A DNA stretch of 64,000 nucleotides from Naegleria gruberi (lineage: Eukaryota). Each line of letters begins with the position of its first letter. Within the stretch, counting starts at the first letter, position 1. Position numbers and translations under genes: made by a program. The stretch lies in NCBI GenBank assembly GCA_000004985.1, contig GG738888.1; one strand, given 5' to 3'. The notes under the pieces were generated by a model. That model searched no databases and was not told the origin of the DNA. It saw only the letters and a program-made list of their open reading frames with translations. This document shows, one piece after another, positions 11,901-23,009 of this stretch.

Positions 11901-13720
11901 TCTCCAAAGGATAGTCCTGTTGGACGATTAAAAGTACTATTCAATGCATGATCATTAATAGATCCCACAGTTCCTGGTTGACCAGCAAAAACAGAAACTG
12001 AAAAGTCTTGTAAATTAATAGCTCTAACACAATGATTATTAGAATCTGAAAATAGTATATATATATCCCTATTATCAATATCTACTACAGTGGTTATCCC
12101 ATATGGTCCATCAATACCATGCTTTTCTTTACTCGCAATAGTCGAAATAGTTCCATTCACTGTACTAATCATCAATACTCTATTATTATTTGTATCTGAA
12201 ATGAAAATTAACATATCACCCTTTTGTTGTAAGCTAGTTACTCCTGAGGGTCTGTTTAATACTGATGCCTTAACATTTGTCTTGATATCATTCAAAGATG
12301 ACAACTTATTTCCAAACAAAATGGAATGACTATTCATATTACTATTGTTGAATTTCACTAGAAAATTACTGGACCAATGGCTGATATCATTTGATACAAG
12401 TAAATTAGAATCCCTATCTAAAGCAATTGAATATGGATTTGAAATTACAGGTGTTGCCTTATAGAGTTCATTAGGAGATAATGGAATCAAGTCATTTTCA
12501 ATATTCTCTACTTTTCCACTCACTAGAGAATATCTGAGAATAGACGATGACCCAGATTCTGATATTAAAAGAGATGGATTTCCCTGATTATAAGAATAAA
12601 TTACATCTCTTGGAGATCTCAGAAGGAATGGTGCCTCCAATTCATTTGTGTTAAATACTCTCATTCCATAACTTGTCAATAGGGACGAAATAATTCCAGT
12701 TTTCAAATCAATTTGTCTTATTATACTATAGCCTATTAGCCACAATTTTCCTCTAATGAGTGAGATCGAAATATAATAACTCAATTGAGCATCAATTGCT
12801 AACCCAGAATCTCCCCTAGATCCCACAGTTGCATAAACTCCACTTATTACCTCAGAATTTACCTTGTTATTACCCTGAGAATCAATGGTAATTGTGGTTT
12901 TAAATAATTGATTATCTGGATATTGAGCGTGGTAGAATATTTCAATATTATTGTTCTGTGGGGTTAAATCCAATTCAAATCCCTGAATAAAACTTAAATC
13001 ACTTCTGCTCTGATAAAGAGTAGTAGTATTTCCATTCGAAAGTAACTTTCCAATACTATTATAACCAACAAGAAACAACTCATCGTTTGAATTGACATGC
13101 AAAGAGCTTATATCTGATTGTAGTGTTATCACTCGTGTTGTTCGTTGCCTTTCATCAATCATGTAAACTTTCTCTTTACCAAATATCGAATAGTAAATGT
13201 GAACATTCTCATTTGGACTACTCATATGAACAGCAAGTAAACAATTGGCAGCAAATTTCAATTCACTAAATGAATTAAATCCCTGTGAGGTAAAATCACA
13301 TGAATCTCCTGCTATTCTCTCTATCAAGTTGCTTGTCACATTAAATTTTGATAAAACACATTGTTTATCATTCCTACTTTCAACAACGTAGAAAATGTCA
13401 TGATGAATATTATTAATACTTGGTTGAGCAATGCATATGATATTTTCCAACAGTTTATCCACTCGTCCATTCGAAATATTCAATCTCATCAATGAAGAAA
13501 GTAAATCGGCTGAATGAAGTAAGTAAACGATATCTTCGGAATGTTGGAAGGATGGATAAACCTTTCGTATATCATAATCTAACCATGATGTGTTTTTCTG
13601 GCCGAATAGAGGTTGGATGGTGTATTTAACAGGTGTGTAGCCTGTTGATGATGCTGTCACAGTTGTCAAATAGATATTGATCAAAAAGCAGAGAAAAATC
13701 CAAGAGACGTATCTTTCCAT
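8956..13720 (-). CDS. Giant receptor-type protein kinase: signal peptide, long NHL-repeat beta-propeller region, EGF-like cysteine repeats, TM helix, Ser/Thr (TKL-like) kinase. 4 exons: 13720..11545, 11497..9960, 9918..9560, 9514..8956 (about 1544 aa)
   Basis: Track ORFs 11528..13720, 9861..11537, 9556..9867 and 8956..9510 join in-frame. Intron 1 is CAG|GTAGGT...CTTTAG| (47 nt). Intron 2 is AAGA|GTAAGT...TATTCAG| (41 nt), restoring the glycine loop LGEGGIGCVF...VAVK. Intron 3 is CACAG|GTAAGT...TTATTTAG| (45 nt), restoring HR|DLKPANILLD. Summed exon length 4632 nt is divisible by 3. N-terminus MERYVSWIFLCFLINIYLTTVTASS is signal-like. Many NHL-type motifs (e.g. YVADSGNHMIRSI, IYLTDVKNNLIRLI, IYVADSKLNIIQKM). 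Four tenascin-type EGF units (CxxGxxGxxCxxPIC). TM segment IIVLGVVLGLVGFFTVIISIISIILIFIF. Kinase motifs VAVK, HRDLKPANILL, DFGLGR, MSPE. Confidence 0.75.
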
Positions 13721-13958
13721 TTTTTTGCTCTTTTTTTGGTCAACTCCGGCGAATTAGTGGATCAGAAACAGTGAGCACAAGATCTGATGGAATGTGAACT
13801 TTCATTACAAGAATTATTATTTTCACAAATTAACATCCAAAAAACATATTCTACATCTACTGATTGTATCATAGTTGGACTGCATTTTACGTGATTGAAC
13901 AGAATTAATTTTGATTCATCTCCTCTTCAAATCATTCTCAACCAATTAAGTATTATGA

Positions 13959-15155
13959 TTAATTCAAGATGCATTTCTTTTCTTTTTTTAAACTATTTAA
14001 ATATTTAATATCTTTTTCAATCACTTGTTGTAATATTGAATTTAAATTTGTTTGATTACCAAACCTAATTAACTTAACACCTTCTAGAAATGCATTTTCT
14101 ATACCCTCACCAGTTTTAGCACTACAAATAACTATATTTGTATTTGTTAGTTGATACTCATTAATAATATTAATAATTTCATTTTTCAATTTATCAATTT
14201 CATTGTTATCAGTAATTAAATCCATCTTATTTAATGCAAATATAATTGGAATATCTTCTGAATCTCTGATTCTAATTAATTGTTCAACTAAGGTCTTACA
14301 GAATTCAGCTGAGGAAAAATTAAATAAATCGCAAACATTGATAAAACAATCACCAGTTCTCATATATTGATCTATTCATATTAAATTATTGAGATATTCA
14401 AATCAACTTACCCCTATCAAATTAAATGATAAACAATCACATTTCACAACTTACCTCATAGCTGAGTATTCCTCTTGTCCATCTAATTAAATTAATTAGG
14501 ATTATCAAGTTTAATAATTCAATAAATGAAAATACTAACATGTATCTAATATATCAAGTTCAAACACCCTTCCATCAAATTCAATATTTCTTCTATAATC
14601 ATCATAATAACTTGGATCATATTGATCTGTATATCTATTCTGAATAAATCTAACCACAATCGATGATTTGCCTTATATCAAATATAATTACAATAAAAAT
14701 TAGATGAATAACATACCAACACCACCATCACCTATCATTACAAATTTAAGGTAATTGTCAGTAAAATCTAAATATTTAAATTGTTTATATTTAATATATA
14801 AAGTTAACAAAACAATCCTTTTTAAATTTGTTTTTTTAATTATTTGTTCCTTAATTATTTCATTATTCACTTTTATTGGTAAATAATTTTTCAATAACTC
14901 AAAATAAAATTCATTAAAATAATCACATTGATCATCATCGTACATTAATTTTTTACAACTTGTTTGAAAATTTAATAATTGTTTAATTTTAGTTGTATAT
15001 TTAATATTATAAGAATAACTAGTATCAAGAACATATGATAATATATTTAAATGTATTTCCAAGGGTAAATTAACGAACGTATTTTCATTATTGAATGATC
15101 GCATTTTTTTTAATTTAATTAATAATAACAAAAGTTCATCAAAGTAATCTTGCAA
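13959..15155 (-). CDS. Ras-like small GTPase with about 140-aa N-terminal extension (F-box-like LPxEIxxxIL motif); multi-exon, one junction unresolved
   Basis: Exon 1 (15155..14717) ends in the P-loop KFVMIGDGGVG|GTATGT. Exon 2 (14671..about 14540) continues KSSIVVRFIQNRYTDQYDPSYYDDYRRNIEFDGRVFELDILDT. A 28-nt exon (14482..14455) encodes (Y/A)GQEEYSAMR (switch II DxxGQEEYSAMR). The last exon (ORF 13959..14363) has YMRTGDCFINV...NKMDL...CSAKTGEGI (G4 NKxD, G5 SAK). Reading GT-AG sites as printed gives a +1 phase conflict at the last intron and DTYGQ instead of canonical DTAGQ. Confidence 0.55.
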
Positions 15156-15540
15156 ATCAAATAAAGCTATGGAAAGTCATCACAATAACAATGTCTAGTG
15201 GTGAAATAAAGAAGATATAAAGACACTCAGCAGTAAGAAACTAAAAGAAGACAATTGATGAAAAAGAGCTTATCGGAATAAGAGGAGTAAATTGCAATTA
15301 TTCTTCCCTGTCCGTCTTTTTGCACTGATGAGGCAAAAATACATTAAATTCATCATCAACACCCTCTCTTATTGAGGAGATATTAATGATGATTATTCAA
15401 CGACAATCAAATAAGAAAAAAATAAGAACAAGAATATTATCCTTCTTCCTTTTAAAATTGACAGACTCTTATGAAAAATGATGAACCACTTGAGAAGAAA
15501 ACATGCCCTGCCAACGGCTTCTACAACAGAGACTGTGAAT

Positions 15541-17449
15541 ATGGCTAATATTACCATCTTGATGGTGAATGATGTTTATGAATTGTTGGCGTAGGTAGTA
15601 GTAATTTAATTTCATTCCGAATGATGATGACAATGATGATGAATTTATTCATGAAGTGATGATAAAGGAGTTGGTGGATTGGCAGAATTGGCAACCATGA
15701 TTGATCAAGAGAAGAATAAATCGAGGTTTTCGATTTCTACTTTGAATGGTGATTTTATGAGTGCTTCGACTTTGGCAGAACAATTTAAAGGAGCTCACAT
15801 GATTGACGTATTGAATAATATGCCAATGTAAGTATGGTGGATGTTTGAATTTCAATGTTAATGTAATATTAGTGATTTTGTTTGTCCTGGAAATCATGTA
15901 AGTTTAGTTTTGGATTAAATTTTGGAATTAATTATTGGAAATTAGGAAGTAAGTGTTAAAATTTGAATAATGTTTGTGAATTTAAATGAAAATAGTTTGA
16001 TTTTGGATCAGAAATTTTGGAGGAACGCATTAAAGAATCTAATTTCAAGTGGATTTGTTCAAATGTTGTGTACAATAATGAGGAAACCAATGATAAAACA
16101 TTCAATAATTCTGAATCGAATATTTTGAAGGGAGTTTACAGAAAGTTTATTATTACTGACCCTGCTTTGGATGGTTTAAAGATTGGATTGTTTGGAGTTT
16201 GTACAAAATATTCGGAATATCTCAGTAAGCCTGGAAAATTAATCAAATTCCAACCAAGTATTCCTATTGCTAGAAGAATGGTCAATGAGCTTAGAAATGT
16301 AGATAAATGTGACGTTGTTATTGCCATTAACCATTTGAATATTGCCGATGATAAGGAACTGGTCAAAAGGGTGCCTGGAATAGATGTAGTAAGTATTATT
16401 TCTTGCAAACTCTTGCTAATTGACACAAATTCAAATACAGGTTTTGTCAGGTCACGATCATGAAGTATACACTGTCATCAAAGATAATTGCCTTATTCAC
16501 AAGGCAGGTCAGGATGCCAGATACCTCACAAGAATTGATTTAATTATAGAAAAGAATCAAACAACTGTAAATACTGGTAATCAATTCCATACTGTAAAGG
16601 TCTATCCATCATGTAACATGATGATTAATCACGGATACAAACCAAAAAAGAAAGTTTCAGATGTCATTCAAAAGTATATGGAAATGTTGCCACCAGGAAT
16701 TTTCGATCAAATTGGTGTCACTGAAACACCACTCTATTCCAGCACTGAAAGCTGTCGTTCTAAGGAAACCACTTATGGAAATCTTGTGGCTGATATTGTA
16801 AGAGAGGTTTGTTTTGAGAATTGTTTTTCAATATTTATTCTTTTTTGTTGTTCTTAAGATGTTTGATGCTGAAATAGCACTTTTCAATGGAGGTGGAATT
16901 AGAGGAGATCGTTTCTACGATCAAGGTAAAAAGATTACCAAATATGACATTCTCAAAGAATTCCCATTCCCTAATGAAATAGTTCTTTCACAAATTAAGG
17001 GAGTTGATTTATTAGCTGCTGTAGAGGAAGGAGTTCAGAAAGCAGAAAGTGTTGTTGGTGCCTTCCCACACTTCTCCAAAGGTATTTCGATCATTTATGA
17101 CAGTAGGAAACCTCCACTCAAACGTATCATTGAAATGACATTCAATGGCGAGAAAATTGATGAAAATCGCGTCTATTCATTTGCCACTGTTAAATATTTA
17201 CTTAAGGGAGGAGATGGTTTCTTCTCCTTGAAGAATGCAACCATTGTCGATCATCCAAGAAATGATCACAAAATTTTTGATATTGTTGTGGAATGGATTG
17301 AAAAATATCACATTTTGAAAGCTCACATTGAGGGAAGAATTATTGATATTGCCAGAGAACGTATCACTAATCAATGGAGTGGAACTAAGGGTGGAAGTGA
17401 TGACGATTTTGCAGGAGACTACGTTGAAGGAGACAATTTGAAATTCTAA
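15541..17449 (+). CDS. 5'-nucleotidase (calcineurin-like metallophosphoesterase plus 5'-NT C-terminal domain), 6 exons: 15541..15590, 15657..15827, 15873..15897, 15996..16388, 16441..16806, 16859..17449 (532 aa)
   Basis: Exon sum 1596 nt, in frame throughout. Motifs follow the NT5E/UshA order: ITILMVNDVYE (cf. LTILHTNDVHS), GGLAELAT, LNGDFMS, the GNH metal-ligand on a 25-nt micro-exon (DFVCPGNH), SGHDHE (GHxH), NGGGIRGD. Donors GTAGGT/GTAAGT/GTAAGT/GTAAGT/GTTTGT. Acceptors GAAG/TTAG/ATAG/ACAG/TAAG. An in-frame upstream ATG at 15478 is an alternative start. Confidence 0.75.
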
Positions 17450-17613
17450 CAAATTCTACAATGAATCTTTTTATTATTTTTGTAGTATATAGGAGCATCA
17501 TCCGTTTCATCATTAAATTATTAGCTTGTCATCTCAAGATTCGTCTGCTTTTGCCTTTTATAGTTTTCAAATATTTTATATTTATTATTTGTTTTACAAT
17601 TTTATTAAAAAAA

Positions 17614-19411
17614 ATGAAAGCACTGAAAGCTGCCAAAAGCAAATCATCAGCTGAATCAGTGTCGTTATTTTCAAAACGATTGCTGCTCTGTGTTGGATAT
17701 TCCGGAAATGGACTGAGTGGTTCTCAGTATCAGAGAAATGTTCCGGTAGAGAAGAGTATGTGATCATCATGATGATTATTAATTATTATATTAAACATAT
17801 TACAAAATTTATATTATTGGATGGGATAATACTGGATTGCAATTTCTGTGAATAATATTATTGGAAATATTGGAAAATTATAATAATAATTGATGAATTT
17901 ATAAAGCAATCGAAGGAAAATTAATGAAGTACATGATGGAGGCTGGATTATTGACTAATATTAAACCATTACCGAAACAACATGAAAATGATCATACCAA
18001 GAAACAAGAATATTTTACAAATCTCCGATCGAACATGGATTGGAATGCATCGAGTAGGACAGATAAGGGAGTTCACTCAATTGCCAATATATTTTCATGT
18101 AAAGTTCCCGAGAGTGTTAAGGAGAATGTAGATTGGATTTCAGAATTGACTAATAGATTTTCAAATGTTGAGGATTCTTTACGAGTTTTTCATTTGGAAA
18201 CAATTAAGGAGGATGCAGAGAATTTCAATAGCAGGAAATTTGGATTGTGGAGAACATATGAATATTTCATTCCACAATATTGTCTGAAAGGAATGATTAG
18301 CGAGAGTAAAATGACACTCTATCAAAAATTGGCAAAAAAGCCAACCGTCACGTTGCCAGACGTTAACTTGGAAGCTGTTTGCAAACAGCTCAATAATGTA
18401 TTTTCTAGGATGGAAGGATTCAAGAATTTCCAAAATTTTACCTCAAACACTACATCAAATGGATCTTCAGAGGGAGGTCAAGAGGATGATTTGGATACCT
18501 TTCAAAATTCTGACACTGTTGGAAATCAGTACCATAGAACTGTATTTCAATGCTTTGCTAAGCCTTATACAATTGGAGTTCCAAACTCCAAGTTACAACA
18601 AGCATCTGGTTTAGCACCCATTTCATCATCAGACGCATTGAGAGGAGTACTAATCAAGGTGACAGCCAGTGGTTTCCTCTATCATCAAATCAGAAAAATG
18701 GTTGGATTGGCAATTTCACATTTAATCTTTCCAAAGGAAATTAACGATGAATTTATCGACATTGCCATCAACTCAAAAGAAACAATGTTCATTCCGACAG
18801 CCCCTGGCGACTCTCTCATTCTTCTTCATACTGCACTCAGAGACTCTTCCATGGAGAATAGAATTTATGGAAATTCCAACAGCTCAAAGAGGTCTGAATT
18901 CTACGATGGTTGTACCAACAAGGAAATGGAACAATTCAGAATTCACCATCTCTATCCTGAAATATTGACAGAAACTCCAGCCTCCTTCATTCATGTCCAA
19001 TCCTATCTAAACAGTGAGAAGAAACAAGAGGAAAAGAAGAATCAAAAATCCTCATGGATTCAACTCGCCCAAGAATTGAAATTCTACCTCAAAGACCTCA
19101 TCGAACAGAAAGAACATGTCAAGGCACGAGCCAAGAAGCAAATAGAAGAATCGAAAAGGAGAGACGAATGGAAGAAGAAGGAAGAGCGAGAACGTCGAAT
19201 GAGGACAACCATTGGAGAAAATACAGAGCTTCTCCCATCAGGTTACAAACTCCACTTTTACATCAAATTTAAATGTCTCCCAAATGAGGAGAAGAGCACC
19301 AAGGCATTGAATATTTTGGAACAACTCTATCGATCAAAGGAAATACCAATTGAGGAAACCAATTTTGAAACTCTAGATCAAATACTAATTTCAAAACTTA
19401 ATTTATCATGA
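17614..19411 (+). CDS. PUS1: tRNA pseudouridine synthase, TruA/PUS1 family, 2 exons: 17614..17755 and 17907..19411 (549 aa), long K/E-rich C-terminal tail
   Basis: Exon 1 carries LLLCVGYSGNGLSGSQYQ (TruA N-terminal motif). Donor GAAGA|GTATGT, acceptor TATAAAG|. Exon 2 begins TIEGKLMKYMMEAGL (PUS1 TVEGELF motif) and has the catalytic RTDKGVHS (RTDxGVHA). The 151-nt intron also removes a frame change between track ORFs 17461..17763 and 17924..19411. Confidence 0.75.
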
Positions 19412-19571
19412 ATTTTCACAAACACAATTCTATATTCTTAAATTCTAGAGTGTCATCTTGTGAATGTTGCATTGTAAAGTAACTCAAATCCAGACATGAA
19501 ACTCTAAAAATAAATTTTAAAATCAAAAAAAAATAGCTCCAATAACACAATTAATTCATCAATTTTTAAAA

Positions 19572-21413
19572 ATGTTTCCTGTTATTAAATTCCATTCCGA
19601 TATAGAATCTGCCATCAAGGGAAGAAAAGAATTTGTAACGCAGGTCGATGAAGGCTTCCGATTCATCAAATATAAATCCATCGTAGAGAATACATTTGCC
19701 GATCAATCGACCATGAAGGATATGACCGATCGGGAAAGGCTTGATCAATTAATTAGACGCGAATGTAGAGGAATTATCTTTGAAGAGAAGAGTAAGAAAA
19801 TTGTGTGCAGAAAATTCCACAAATTTTTCAATATTAATGAAAGAGTTGAGAGTAATATTGAAAAGATTAATTGGAAACGACCATTTGTGGTTGTGGAAAA
19901 GATGGATGGAAGTTTGGTTTCTCCAATTTTTGTTTCTTCAAAGAGGGATATTTCAGATATTCGATTTACAACCATGTTGGGATTTACTGCTATGGCCAAG
20001 AATATGGTTGCTGGATATATTGATAAGAATTTAGCGCAGAAGAATTTGAGAAAACCATTCTTGGAATTTTGTAAATATTGTTTGGATCAGGGTTGGAGTT
20101 GTAGTTTCGAATATACTGGACCACAGAATATTGTCGTGATTAAATATTTGGAAGAGAAATTGACTCTACTTGCCATTCGTCATACAGAGAGTGGTGAATA
20201 TTTGACCTACCAGGAAATGAAAGATATTCTCGATAAGAATCCAAATTGGCAAAAGGCAGTCAATTTGGTGAGCTTGTGGAAAGATTTCCCACAAGGAACT
20301 GAAGAACCTCAAAAACTCTTATCAGAAATTTATGAACAGAAAGGATTGGAAGGATACGTCATTCGATTCAATGATGGTGATTTCTACAAGGCCAAAACTA
20401 AATATTATATGTGTTTCCATGGAATTGCAGATAATTCTTCAGAACCTAACAAACAGGGATCTTCATCCATGTTCAGTGCTGAGAAAATTAGAGAACGACA
20501 CATTGTTAAGGCAATTTTAAGTGATGTGATTGATGATGTAATCAGTGGAGTGTTCTGGACTACTGAAATGAAACAAGTAGTTTCAAAATATCGAATTGAA
20601 TTGGAAACTAAAATTTTGGCCAAATTTGAAGAGGAAATCTGGCCAATCCTTAAAAAGGCAATTTCATTCTCAAAGAAGGGTGTTCCAAATGAGTCGATCA
20701 CTTCGAGAGTTATTTCTGGGAAATTAGCCACTACATTTACTGGTGATTTTATTAAGGATATGATTTCGAAACTTTCCAAAGAAGAAAGTTCAAAGAATTC
20801 GAATTACAAAAATCAAGAAAGTGACGAAGAAGAGGAAGAATTTGATTCGAAACCAAGTCAACAATCAAGAGGAAATATGTGGAGCGTTCTCCAAGAGGAA
20901 GAAATTGAAGATGCCGAGCAAGATGCCAAACTCGACAATGAATCAGATGGAGAAAAGGAGGAGAAAAAATTGGAAGAAACTATTCAGCAAACTTCCAATC
21001 TAGTAATAATTGAGGAAGAGCAACCAACCCAAAGTATTTCATTCGACATTTCAGGAATGAAATTTGCACCAATTAAGCCTACTGAGAAACCACAATCAGA
21101 GCAAGAACAAATCGAATCTCAAAAGAATGTTGCCTACGAATGTTACAAAATTTTCTTACAAACCAAGATTTTCCAAGTGAGCGAGCCAAAAGCATTCGAA
21201 ACTAAAAAGTCCAAAGTCTACGATTGGTTAAACGTCGATTTGAAATCTGGAATTATGGGAAACTATGCATTCGATAGTAAAACTGGATCCCTTGTCAAGA
21301 ATTCCACAAGAAAAGTATTGACCAAACCATCAGCCTCTTCATCTAAACATATTGAAGAGGATGATCACGATTTCTCCAACAGCAAGAATAAGAAGAATAA
21401 AAAACGAAAGTAA
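19572..21413 (+). CDS. Putative polynucleotide ligase/nucleotidyltransferase (RNA-ligase-like, KxDG motif) with acidic low-complexity C-terminal tail
   Basis: 613-aa ORF. VVVEKMDGSLVS matches covalent nucleotidyltransferase motif I (KxDG[SG]) of ATP-dependent RNA/DNA ligases and capping enzymes. Downstream segments (YVIRFNDGDFYKAKTKYY, EGYV) resemble ligase motifs IV/V. The C-terminal about 200 aa are E/D/K-rich. Family assignment is motif-based only. Confidence 0.35.
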   Translation: MFPVIKFHSDIESAIKGRKEFVTQVDEGFRFIKYKSIVENTFADQSTMKDMTDRERLDQLIRRECRGIIFEEKSKKIVCRKFHKFFNINERVESNIEKINWKRPFVVVEKMDGSLVSPIFVSSKRDISDIRFTTMLGFTAMAKNMVAGYIDKNLAQKNLRKPFLEFCKYCLDQGWSCSFEYTGPQNIVVIKYLEEKLTLLAIRHTESGEYLTYQEMKDILDKNPNWQKAVNLVSLWKDFPQGTEEPQKLLSEIYEQKGLEGYVIRFNDGDFYKAKTKYYMCFHGIADNSSEPNKQGSSSMFSAEKIRERHIVKAILSDVIDDVISGVFWTTEMKQVVSKYRIELETKILAKFEEEIWPILKKAISFSKKGVPNESITSRVISGKLATTFTGDFIKDMISKLSKEESSKNSNYKNQESDEEEEEFDSKPSQQSRGNMWSVLQEEEIEDAEQDAKLDNESDGEKEEKKLEETIQQTSNLVIIEEEQPTQSISFDISGMKFAPIKPTEKPQSEQEQIESQKNVAYECYKIFLQTKIFQVSEPKAFETKKSKVYDWLNVDLKSGIMGNYAFDSKTGSLVKNSTRKVLTKPSASSSKHIEEDDHDFSNSKNKKNKKRK

Positions 21414-21418
21414 ACGAT

Positions 21419-22723
21419 TTATGTCTCACTAAGTATTTCTGAATATTCACAATAATTACATATGTCTCTTTCATCCTCAAATACATCCCTAATATTTCTT
21501 CCATGTACGAGTTTTTCAATCACTTTCTTTCGAACAGAATCAAATTGGTTAATTCTATAGTAGACAAAAACTGCCAAATTATGAAATGAATAAAGGGGAA
21601 GCAATAATGGCAAATCGGTGATCAATAATTCCACCTTCTCAACTATTTCTTTCATAGCATGGACTTGCAAGTTTAAGTATTTAAATGTGGAATAAATACC
21701 GTAAAGGTGCATCAGTTCAATACTGGCATGTTTGATATGTTTTTGGTGGTTAGTGAGGCTCTTATTAGAAATCATGTTGTAGAGTAATTCTCTAACTGAA
21801 CATATTAGAGATATTGTAATTGGAGCATTTTCTAACGAAACACCATTGTTGATTGATTGTAAATCATACTTGTTGTCGTTTACGTAAACATCATAAAACT
21901 TGGTAAAGAGTTTCCATACTATTTTCAAGCTCTCCACATCATCATCTCCAGCTGAGATGTGGGACTCAATTTTGGAGGCAAGCATTTCAAATTTCATTTT
22001 TTTAACATTATCCAAAAGTGGATCATTTTGAAATTCCTTAATATATTGTAAATAACGAGAAGCCAATTCAACCTGCCCTTCACCAACTGCATATAAAGCA
22101 ATAAGTGATTTGGAAACTTTGGTACAAAGGTCTATGGGATGAGCCAATGATGAATAGTGTACAGACTCTCTAAAAGAAACAATAGAAAGCGCAGGTTGAC
22201 TCATTGATTGTTCACATAAACTTTGAACAACCAGAAGCAATGCCCTAACCGAATACTCCCTCTCCAACAAATCCACATTCAAGACAATTTCTTCCATCTG
22301 TTCCTTACTCAAAAAGTCAATTGTGACATCCACATAATCGTAGAAATAATTAATGATGGCACTTTGAATATTTCCTCTCACCAAACTTCTCTCCCTCTTC
22401 ATGAAAACTGTTTGTTGTACATGTGATTTTGGGAGATAGGGGCGGAATGTTTTTGTTGTTACTTCTATTTGTACTTGCATTGTTGAAGGAGCAATATTGG
22501 CCAATGTCTTATTCTTTGGACCTCTCTTAACTCGTCTCTTCTTTGGAGGTACATAGAGACATGATCTTCCTCTCATACTACATTCAGAACATGAGGGTTT
22601 TAAACGATCGCATGCAAGATGTGATTTTCTACAAGCTAAACAATTAATTTGTTTCGTAGATACAACTTGACTATCATTTTCCAATTCTACATCATATTCA
22701 TCATTCATTCCTGCATGCAACAC
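21419..22723 (-). CDS. Zn(II)2Cys6 (Gal4-type) binuclear-cluster transcription factor
   Basis: 434-aa ORF. N-terminal CLACRKSHLACDRLKPSCSECSMRGRSC is CX2CX6CX6CX2CX6C, followed by a basic linker (PPKKRRVKRGPK). The rest resembles the loosely conserved fungal middle-homology region. Convergent with the ligase-like gene; stop codons are 6 nt apart. Confidence 0.65.
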   Translation of the reverse strand: MLHAGMNDEYDVELENDSQVVSTKQINCLACRKSHLACDRLKPSCSECSMRGRSCLYVPPKKRRVKRGPKNKTLANIAPSTMQVQIEVTTKTFRPYLPKSHVQQTVFMKRERSLVRGNIQSAIINYFYDYVDVTIDFLSKEQMEEIVLNVDLLEREYSVRALLLVVQSLCEQSMSQPALSIVSFRESVHYSSLAHPIDLCTKVSKSLIALYAVGEGQVELASRYLQYIKEFQNDPLLDNVKKMKFEMLASKIESHISAGDDDVESLKIVWKLFTKFYDVYVNDNKYDLQSINNGVSLENAPITISLICSVRELLYNMISNKSLTNHQKHIKHASIELMHLYGIYSTFKYLNLQVHAMKEIVEKVELLITDLPLLLPLYSFHNLAVFVYYRINQFDSVRKKVIEKLVHGRNIRDVFEDERDICNYCEYSEILSET

Positions 22724-23009
22724 GAAAGAGATTCAAATCGAGTCTTTTTATTAATTATTTTCTTAAATTGCTAAAATAAACCGAACCTCATCATGTGCGA
22801 GGGTACCATGACGTTCGTTGAAAAGGCTTTTTTTTGTGTGAGATTTGTGCTAGCGATTTATCAACCAACCAAAAACATTGGCGCCAAATTTTGTTACAGG
22901 ACCTCGTACGCACAAAATGTGTGTGCTTTAAATTTTGAGCCTCGCAATTATCATTACTTCCAAACAATATAAAAAAACAATTAAACAATTCACTTAGATA
23001 ATCATCATC

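Noticed and set aside
15649-15897. 82-aa minus-strand ORF
   Set aside because: It overlaps plus-strand exons 2-3 of the 5'-nucleotidase gene (GGLAELAT…GNH), which fully explain the region.
16136-16426. 96-aa minus ORF and 17198..17452 minus ORF
   Set aside because: Both are antisense to 5'-nucleotidase exons.
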